Below are positions 54,450 to 64,000 of a DNA stretch of 64,000 nt, piece after piece (the stretch's first letter is position 1; every line of letters starts with the position of its first letter). This DNA comes from Octopus vulgaris. Taxonomy: Eukaryota. The stretch is taken from contig OX597818.1 of the NCBI GenBank assembly GCA_951406725.2, positions 115,630,001 to 115,694,000 on the forward strand, written 5' to 3'. The notes below the pieces were generated by a model that was not told where the DNA came from, made no database searches, and worked only from the letters and a program-made list of their open reading frames with translations. The position numbers and the translations under genes were made by a program.

Positions 54450-54961
54450 GGACACAGAAAGAAACAAGGAGAGAAAAAAATGTGTGTAGTGGCTACCGAT
54501 CTATCATGGCAACTGATATACATACCTATACACACACAAACATTGGCTCAAATATATACTTGCATCAACATTAACAGATATACAGACACACTAACACAAA
54601 TATAAATTCCAGCACAAACGTATGCATTCATACAGATAAACACACATACATACCAACACACACACACACACTTTCTGTGAATATGTGTGTATTATTAAGA
54701 TATTGTTGAACTTCGATGAAACATTACGAATGAATGACTGCTTGTATGAGGGAGATGTCCATCTACAATTATCACATGATGTCAAGATAACAAACACACA
54801 CACACACACACACGTATATGATGGGCTTCTTTTAGTTTCCTTCTACCAAGTTTACTCACAAGGCTTTATTTGACCCAATGCTAAAGTAGAAGACACTTGT
54901 TGAAGGTGCCATGCAGTGGGACTGAACCCCAGTATTCCTTCCAGGGGCCCTATTATCAATT

Positions 54962-55234
54962 CCATAATCTTTTCAAATGGCTAATAATAAAGGTAGGAGA
55001 GTCCAGTTTGCTGGACATTGTTGTAGAGCTGAAAAAGAAGTAATTTCTACTCTTCTCCTCTGGAAGCCATCTACTCGCAATACTAGAGGGCGCACACTCT
55101 CCTACCCTGATGTAATCTCCAGGGATACAGGCATCCAGCAACAGGACCTCCGTAATGCCATGATGGACCGTGAAGTCTGGCGTAGCATGGTAAATTCCAT
55201 TGCCTCGACCACGGTCGAACAATGATGATGATGA
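54962..55234 (+). mobile_element. RTE-clade LINE 3' end with (GAT)n tail
   Basis: Open frame KGRRVQFAGHCCRAEKEVISTLLLWKP...RGRTLSYPDVISRDTG...AMMDREVWRSMV*; attatcaatt repeated on both sides. Confidence 0.85.
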
Positions 55235-55943
55235 TTATCAATTTTTTTTTCAACAATCTGCATATGCCATGAGGTTTCCAGACATGAGTCTTGCTCACGC
55301 GTCAAGTTTAATCAAAATCGAAAAAACGATGTAAGAGGGGTCAGCTCACAACTCCACAAACACACCCATAGACAGAATTTCCCACATATGTAGTAGATAT
55401 ATATATTATATATAAATACACACACACACACGATAGGCTTCTTTCAGTTTATATTTACAAAACCCACTCACAAGGCTTTGGTTTCGCCCAAGACAATAGT
55501 AGCCCCAAGTGCCATGCATCAGGATTGAACCATTGTTTTACTGTCGACTCGACAGCTTGCACGTGTCAGATAGAATTCACTGAGGCAGATTTTCTACAGC
55601 TGGACACCCTCCCTGTCACTAACCGTCACTTGTTTACGACCATCACGTGATGTCAAGACAAGCAAACACACTCACATGAGCTGATCTCAGTTTCTGTCAA
55701 ACAAATCTACTCACAAGGCTTTGGTCAGCCTGGGGTTATAGAAGACGTGTGTGTGTGTGTGTAAGGCAAGTAGTCGAAGGTCAAACAACTGCATACTCGT
55801 CGTAGAAACCGACGGAGATCTATATGTATGTGTGTGTGTATATATATATGTACATATATATATAGATATATATCCCTATACGGATCTTTTCCTTTTGTGT
55901 GTATACACACACATAACTTATGGTAGCTCGCATTTAAATTTTT

Positions 55944-55989
<46 letters not shown>

Positions 55990-56087
55990 GGAGTAAGCAG
56001 ATAAATGTGAAACAAGGTGGGGAAAAAAAAGAGTACTCAAATACCAGAGGTAGAATAATATGCTTTATTTAAAAGCAGCAGAAATAT

Positions 56088-56141
56088 AACAAAAACTGTT
56101 GCTCAAGAGTTTCACGATCCCGTTCATCGGACAGTTTTGTT
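56088..56141 (-). ncRNA. Hammerhead-like motif, CCGATGA core variant, in a Penelope-like repeat with an inverted partial copy (55988-56220)
   Basis: Minus: aacaaaactgt CCGATGA acg-ggat-cgt GAAA ctcttgagca acagtttt; inverted copy at 56166-56219 retains GAAActctgaGTA. Confidence 0.6.
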
Positions 56142-56219
56142 AAAATGGAACAGAAATTTCCGTTCACGGGAACGTGAAACTCTGAGTAACAGCTTTAGTT
56201 ATACTTCTGCTGCTTTTAA

Positions 56220-56263
<44 letters not shown>

Positions 56264-56702
56264 GAACACAAACATACATGCAAACACATACATAACAAAC
56301 GTACACCCACACAGCTCTTCAGCAGGTCTGCAAGTAGTGCAACAAAATAATACTTGTTGCATGAATGGGAATGGTTACGTCTGTACGTAGTTTCGTGCAG
56401 TGACTGCGAGAACATCACAGGGGTAAAAAAAAAAAAAAAAAGCTTCCTACTGACTAGGCCAAAAGGCCTCAACCATTCCTTGCTAATATTAACGCTGTTC
56501 AGCACCAGTAAACGAACGTGGTTGACCTCCAGTCAACAGCCAACGAAGGGAGTGTCCCACAGAGCAAGCTCTATGTAAATTTAATGATAATCATAAAAAA
56601 TCACACATATTTATATTTATATAAATAATCTCTCTCCCATACACGAGTCAGAGAAAAACAGGCACTCGTATCTTAGGTAATAGACTGGGTATATTGTGCC
56701 AG

Positions 56703-56736
<34 letters not shown>

Positions 56737-56737
56737 T

Positions 56738-56789
<52 letters not shown>

Positions 56790-56944
56790 GTTCTGTCTGT
56801 TGGTGTGGTGATGATGAACATCAGACACCAAGAAAGCATTTACATGTGTGTCTGTGTGTGTGTATCGAAGTGTAGAGTATTATATTCACGATACGAGCGA
56901 TCGTACCAATCGGTTTTACAATAGTGGTTCAATGCACACACATA

Positions 56945-56983
<39 letters not shown>

Positions 56984-57454
56984 CGTAAATATTAACAAGT
57001 GAAACCAATTGGTACATAGGTAGTCGTTTTTTATTTCGTATATTTTCATGTCTTGCTTATTTTTACACTTTGGTTTTTTTGCTGAGATTTTTTCTTGAGG
57101 ACACATTCTTCGTGGTAAATGGCGATTTGACGTCTATGTTTAGCATATAGGCTGTCCACTTTTAGTGGTCAGTCCTCTAAATTTTGTGTATATATATATA
57201 TATATACACGCATAAAATGCACATATACTCACACACACATACGAATCATTATCATTGTTTTACATCTGCGTTCTGATGTTGGCATGGACGAGATAGGTTT
57301 TCCGAAGACATGTGTTTTGGCTGAATGGCCTTCCTTCCTTATCACTCCTTACAACGCATCGAGACATGATGTTCCCAATATAAATATCAGATACGTGCGG
57401 TTGTGCATGAGTATATAAGCGTATACATACATATGCACGTGTGTATGTGCATGT

Positions 57455-57509
<55 letters not shown>

Positions 57510-58560
57510 CATATGTAAGTGTATAAAATTGTATATGAACACGTAACCCACACCACACACGCATCCTCATCATCGTATAATCCACATTTCCATGTCTGCA
57601 TCGGTTCGTTGAGGAAGATTTTCTATTGCCAGAGGCCCTTCGTATAGTCAACCCCCACCTGTGTCACAAGGCTGTCTTTGGAAAGCAAATTCCCTACCCA
57701 AATAACAACCATGCCTACAAATACACACACGGGTAACATTTAGTTGTGTGAACGCTTCAGCTTTGAAAGGGACAAGGCAAGAATATAGAAACGGTAACGC
57801 CATTTGGTTTTAGGAAAGGCATCCAGCTGTAGAAACCATGCCGAGATGGAACATACCAGAGACACATGGTCCCCTCCGTCCGTCATGAAGGGCAGTAACT
57901 CGAAATAAAATCCTGCCCGGATCGTGGCGACCTATCCAACCCACGCAAGCATAGAAAGTGGCTGTAAAATGATGATAATGATAATGTGCACGTATGTTGA
58001 TACATACGTTTTCCTTATATCATTATCGCCTTTCGCATGTGTGTATATGTATGTATATATGAGAGTATGTCTGGTTACACACAAACATATACATGCCCTG
58101 CTGGCTGGCTGAAAATATACTACTCAGCCTGTTGGCTTAAACATTCTTTCAACTCATTGATATTTGTGTCTGTCTTGTGATATATACACGTCCAGATTAT
58201 GCATGTCTATCACTCCTAGACACACACACGTATGAATACACACATACAGAGAACAAGGTGTGTGAATGAGAGGAGAGAGAGGGGGGGATCGGTTAGCAGT
58301 GTTTTTGACAATCGATAAAACAGTTTTGGTGAAACGACAATGAATAGAGTAAATGGGAAATAAGAAATCTGCTGCTTTCACTATGATTAATAATAATTTC
58401 ACTCTCATGTTGATCTAGACGTTATTGGTTAGGCCTCCGCTTTTGCGAACAAGTCTTTATATACGGTTGTTCTTAAAATTCACACACACTCACGTATATA
58501 TAATATATAATGTCCATGTTTGCACAAATATATAGACAATTGTATATGAACACACAGGTA

Positions 58561-58603
<43 letters not shown>

Positions 58604-58633
58604 GAAATTATTGTATACAGTGCTCAGGTGCAC

Positions 58634-58674
<41 letters not shown>

Positions 58675-60331
58675 GTATTAACACAGTGCTATACAGACAC
58701 TAAATATACTATAGATATATAAGAACACAGACATTATAAATTTACCAATTAACATATAGACAGACAGACATAGATAGATAGATGATAGATAGACAGACAG
58801 ATATTACCACGGACTATAGGCTTATTTACATATTAGAACAGCGTATAGGCTTATATATATATATATTAACACAGGATATATACAGATATAAATAAAAAAT
58901 ATATACACACACAGTTATATACACTTATCACAAACGAACATTATAAACATATATTAGCAGACATAGCGATGTTAGATATATTAACACACGTACTCAAATA
59001 TGAACAGAAATATTCAAGTACGTATTTACACACACATAGACAAATATGTATTAGCACAAATAACACACACATTGTATGTGTGTGTGTGATTTTACAATAG
59101 ATTTTATCTTTATCGATTAGCATGTTTAGTGTTATGTGCGCCCACACATACATGTATGTATGTATATATCTACAAAAATATACATGTAATACACACATAC
59201 ATACAATGACAACTTGTATGTTATACATACACACACGTAAGCGGATATATATATATGTGTGTGTACGTAGACATTCATATACATCTTCATATTTCGTCGA
59301 TTTGTACATGCGCATAAATACATGTGTGTATATATATTCATATATTTGCGTATATTCAATCGGATGTTGAAAATAAAGGTCATTCATCTTGTTTATTGAA
59401 CATGAAAATGCATAAATAAATATGACAATTTTTTTTTTCATGTTCAATACCAAATCGTATAAAAGAAAATAAAAGGGGAGGAGGTAACCGGAGGGTTTCT
59501 GGCCCCCAACCGTATACCTGTCACCCGGTACCTGAAACCCTATAGTTTAATAAATATAGTATCTGCCGGTGGACATTATACTGGGGTGGGTATATATATG
59601 ATATTCTTGACCTGAACAATGTAAGAAAATCGATTGTAAGAGTAATTATATATGTATATATTACATACACGTGATGCCTGTACGTATATACGTGAACCAA
59701 TATCAAGTTTCTAATTAAATGTCCAGTAATATTCAAACAACGGGAGAATGGACAAATGTTTGTAGTATGAAAGTATTTGTGAGATAAAATATTTGTGTGT
59801 GTATTAATAGCGAAAAACTGACAGATGCTCCATGGAGTAGAACACGCCTCCCTTATTTCGTTAGATAAATATTATGAAAGAGATTCCGATATGAACACTC
59901 TTGACTTTTAAAGAGATGAGGCTTACTAATGAAGAGGCAGAACAGTAAACAGGCAAACGATTTTTCTTTCGGAAACAATACGTAAAATGGCAAATAGTGA
60001 TTTGTGATAAAAGATCGAACATCGAATTGTGAAAAAACAAATGCAGCAAAGATGTCAGCAACATAAGAGAAATAAAGAGAATATATATGTGTGTGTGGTG
60101 TGAGTGATTGGGAAATATAACTTAGATATAAGGTTTATATTAAATAAGGTTTATATTAGATAAGGTTTATATTGGTACTGATGTACTTGTTAAGATCTAG
60201 TTCTTTCATACCGTTTATATTTCACTTCGTTTTATTATAATTATTATTATTATTGCTGTTATTTTGTTTCTCTTTCTTTCAATGGAAGAATAAAGAGTGT
60301 GGAGTGGGGTGAGGGATAGATAAAGACTTAC

Positions 60332-60540
60332 CTTTCAAAGGGTATAATAATGATGATAGTAATAATAATTCCATAGGTAGGTGGTTGAAGAGGCGGGGTC
60401 CATCCCCACAAGTCGTGAGACGTTCATAATAACAAAACACCTTTAGTGAAAGATGTCTTGTTTCAATGTGTGTGTCTCTCTCTCTCTCCTTTGCAAGAAT
60501 CTAAGATTTGAAGTGTTCCAAGTAGCGCCGTCTTGCGGTG
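60332..60540 (-). other. Putative first exon of a minus-strand host gene
   Basis: Consensus donor AG|GTAAGT at 60332/60331; ATG at 60374 gives MELLLLSSLLYPLK; non-repetitive CpG-retaining context. Confidence 0.35.
60525..60535 (-). promoter_or_regulatory. YY1-like motif near putative transcription start
   Basis: Minus strand CAAGACGGCGC, one mismatch from CAAGATGGCG. Confidence 0.25.
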
Positions 60541-61615
60541 ATTAGAAATGCACCACCACACAACCGCGCCCACTCTACAAGACACAATAATAATAATAAT
60601 AATAATAACAATGGCACAGAAAAGCTTTTGATAATAGCAGCAATGACATCGATAAAGAAGACGGCTAAAACCGTCGATTGTGTTTATTTGTTTAGCTATA
60701 GAGACGAATGTTTTTATGTAATATATACATATTCCACATAGTATCCAGTTGAGCGCCTGTAGAGGAATCTAGCGTACATCCATTCGAACAGGTTTGGATT
60801 GAAATACTTAATTAAAAGGCCTGATGGCAAATAAGCAGGTTCGAGATTTGCCAGTATCAAGGTAGGTAACTCTGGATGCTATAGTATTACTCTCAAGTTT
60901 GTCGCTTACTATTTAAATATTTAAATATTTGTGGGAGCAATCGGTTTCATTTGCTTCACTTTCGTTTCATTTTTTATTTAGATTTGCTTTTACGTTTTTA
61001 TATCACATGCTAACTACAGAAAGCGGACCAATGAAAGGAAATGACTATAGACATTTTTGCGTTTATAAAAATGAGATAGTGAAAGTAAGGAAGTCAAATG
61101 ACTAGGTTATTAGCGAAAGATTTTTTGATAGTTAATAATGTACATTATTGACTACAGTACAAAATAATGATTGTGTAGTATTAATTATGTCCATTATTAG
61201 ATACCAACAACATTAGAAGCAATAACAATCTTAGAGAATAATAACAGAGTAAATGTAAACATCAAATATAGTTGTATAAACAACAGTTTTAATTGCTACA
61301 CGGACTATTACAAGATGTAATATCTATAATCACAACACTTGATTTCACATACCGAGAAATCATGAATTGCTTTCAAAATTAAATGGGAAAGATATAATAT
61401 ACGTAGCAGGCCACTAATGAAATAATTTATGTTCAGTGTTACTCTTTGTAATTATTTTACTCAATGGTTGATGCTCTTGAGAACAGCATCAACTCGTACT
61501 CCAATACTTTTAGTTTCCTTGCCACTCTGATCGTGGCTATCACTGATCACAAATAAAGCAATTGATTCTAGCTATTACTGTAGTGTGCGTGTGTATACAT
61601 ACACATATATATAAA

Positions 61616-62819
61616 CAGGGTGTGTAAGATATTTGAGGACAGATTTATGTTTATAAAAAAAAAACATATAATAACAGATAATAACTTTATTTATTAAAAA
61701 ATGCTATGAGGATAGAAATTAACTTTTTCTATAATGCTATTCAATAAAGCCACCTTCAGCTTACAACCGCTTCTATACATGGTCTAAATCATGTACATGC
61801 TTGAATTAGGTGGTCCTGGTCCATTTTGAACATTACTCTGACTATGGCAGCTTTCAAAGAATCTTTGGTGTTATGGGCGTGTTCATTGACCTTTCTCTCA
61901 ACAACGCTCCACATGTAACAGTCCAATGGATTGAGATCTGGGGAATTAGGAGGCCAAATGTTTTGGGTTATGTGATCATGAAAATTTTCAGCCATCCATT
62001 CCTGTGTTACCAAAGCCATGTGTGATAGTGTAGAGTCTTACTGAAACACCCATGGCCTTCCATTGCATATACTGTCTATTCAGAGATTAACAATTATTTT
62101 CAGGACCTCAATGTGAGCGGTAGAATTAACTCTAAGGCCTTGTGGAAAGAAGTAAGGAGGTATCACATGTCCTTCATTGCTGACAACCCCTATCACCATG
62201 ACAGTTGCAGGAAATTTTGTATGCATAACACTTGGAACTTCAGAAGGATCTGCACATAACCATCTTTCATTTCTTCGGTTAACTTTTTGATCTTCGTCGA
62301 AGTTTTTCTCGTTTGATAAAAAACAAATCAAATCTTCTGCTGCGTTTTCAGTTTGTTTAAGAGCCTTTTAGATCTGATGTAGTGATTTTCTTTTGTTTTT
62401 TCTTACAAATTGACCTTTCCTTATCATATAAGACTTATATCTGACTATTCCTTCTGACACATGGAGATTTTTTGCAATTGACCTCATAGACTTTTTGAGG
62501 TTGTAATCAATGATTTGTTGAACTTGTTGGATAAATTCAGGTTTTCTGATGATTTCAGAGCGTCTAGAATACTTTTCATCCTTTCATACTTGTGATATGT
62601 TTCCATCTTCAGTCACTAGCTCCTTACAAACTTTGTAGATGAAAGATCTGGCAACTTTTAAAACTCAAGATATTTCTAAATCACAATACTCAGCCTTTCT
62701 AACAGCAATAATAGCATGCCGCTTCACTTCTTGAGTAAGCTGAGGGTCTACCATTATTATTTTCTGAAATAATGCAATGACCCCAAAAAGCTATGTCCTC
62801 AAATACCTTATGCACCCTG
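61616..62819 (-). mobile_element. Full-length decayed Tc1/mariner-superfamily transposon, DD37D (maT) type
   Basis: 26-bp imperfect TIRs cagggtgtgtaagatatttgaggaca / tgtcctcaaataccttatgcaccctg; TA at right end; 1204 bp. Confidence 0.9.
61737..62754 (-). pseudogene. DD37D transposase pseudogene
   Basis: LSNEKNF (FSDEK decayed), VMVIGVVS, FQ*DS, WPPNSPDLNPLD with 37 residues between second and third Asp; ends AEGGFIE*; stops and frameshifts. Confidence 0.85.
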
Positions 62820-62902
62820 TATATATATATAGAGAGAGAGAATCGGTCAGTTGTTCACAAGTGCACAACGAAAAGCATACTCTAAAATATTTTGAACAGT
62901 GT

Positions 62903-63131
62903 TAATTAATATAGTTGTTGGTTATGGCCAGTCAGGGAGTTACCATTGATTTTGTACTTATAATGCTCTTAGTGATACAGGTAACTCCTCACACTTGCTT
63001 GCCAGAGCCACAGAGAGATCATGTGTCTCTGGCCACCAGGTCTAATAAGTCACCTATATTGCTAAGAGAATTATAGGTGCAAAACCAATGGTAAGTCCCT
63101 CACCAGCCATAACCAACAACTATATTGATTA
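62903..63131. repeat. Long imperfect palindrome (foldback/MITE-like)
   Basis: ~85-bp arms taattaatatagttgttggttatggc... / ...gccataaccaacaactatattgatta plus an inner hairpin. Confidence 0.8.
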
Positions 63132-63373
63132 TGTGTGTGTGTGTGTGTGTATCAGTCTTCGACAACCTGTGGCCTGCAAGACTTTCTGAATGGTATGCCT
63201 GAGAAAAAAATTACCTCAAATTTTTTTAATAGCACAGCTTGCTGATCAGCAGGAAAATTGGCTTGCTCACTTAGCTTATGCAGTGATATCATTCAAAAAC
63301 TAAAACGATGCAAAGCGCATTGTGACCAGCAAGGTATAACACCATCCAGTTGCCTTGTCAATCACATGATCAT

Positions 63374-63409
<36 letters not shown>

Positions 63410-63413
<4 letters not shown>

Positions 63414-63563
63414 ACGGGCTTCTTTTAGTTTCCATCTGCCAAATCCATTCACAAGGCTTTGGTCAGTCTGAGGCTATAGTATAAGACACTCATCCAAGGT
63501 ATCACACAAAAGGACTGAACCCGGGACCATGTGTTTCAAAACCAAACTTCTTACTACACAGCC
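63410..63563 (-). mobile_element. SINE A head half
   Basis: Family match. Confidence 0.8.
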
Positions 63564-63587
63564 AGCAGACTCATTTCTTTCAGCAAT

Positions 63588-63750
63588 AGGTACAGGAGTG
63601 GCTGTGTGGTAAGTTGCTTGCTTACCAACCACATGGTTCTGGGTTCAGTCCCACTGCGTGGCACCTTGGGCAAGTATCTTCTACTTTAGCATCGGGCTGA
63701 CCAAAGCCTTGTGAGTGGATTTCGTAGATGGAAACTGAAAGAAGCCTGTT
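63588..63750 (+). mobile_element. SINE A head half (interrupted by mariner)
   Basis: ggtacaggagtggctgtgtgg...ggttcagtcccactgcgtggcacc. Confidence 0.9.
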
Positions 63751-63767
63751 GTTTATATATATATATA

Positions 63768-64000
63768 CAAGGGTGAGTCAAAAAGTAATGCCATTTTGTT
63801 CAGGACAAGTATAATTACCAACACAAGAACATGTAAGATACATCAAAATGAAGCTGGTCCTCTGTGGATCACATCCCTACTTCTCATCATAGTCACCGTT
63901 TCTCTCAATAGTAATGTTCTACTTTCAAATGAGAGCATGTATCCCTGCCCCGTAAAATTCTGTTGACTGTTCTTTGAGCCACTTCTTCACTACAGTTTTC
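63768..64000 (-). mobile_element. Mariner-like transposon, 3' end (continues past window)
   Basis: TA-caagggtgagtcaaaaagtaatgcc TIR-like end; minus frame KTVVKKWLKEQSTEFYGAGIHALI*K*NITIERNGDYDEK* matches mariner C-termini. Confidence 0.8.

Overview
AT-rich eukaryotic, mostly non-coding DNA saturated with repeats. The SINE families and microsatellite load look like an Octopus/coleoid cephalopod genome (inference from family recognition, not from a search). No long host CDS is evident; there is a possible first exon/promoter of a minus-strand gene near 60.3-60.5 kb, which would make most of the window intronic. Contents: (i) dozens of copies of four SINE-like families (called A-D here); (ii) RTE and CR1-group LINE fragments, two non-autonomous Helitrons, TTAA (piggyBac-type), Tc1/mariner-type and hAT-like MITEs, a full-length decayed DD37D (maT) transposon and a mariner end; (iii) a ~6.7 kb (TA)n block (32703-39415) carrying two independent, oppositely oriented CR1-group LINE insertions, one with an uninterrupted 723-aa RT-containing ORF2 portion. 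The 3' ends of both LINEs share a motif + covarying hairpin + GAAAC/AAAAC + 8-mer tail with SINE A, pointing to a LINE-SINE partnership; (iv) at least eight hammerhead-ribozyme-like motifs in short, mostly TA-embedded Penelope-like terminal repeats, including one fully canonical copy (39611-39686) and a recurrent CCGANGA core variant. Most supplied ORFs are microsatellite or SINE read-throughs. Coordinates were counted by eye; repeat boundaries are approximate.
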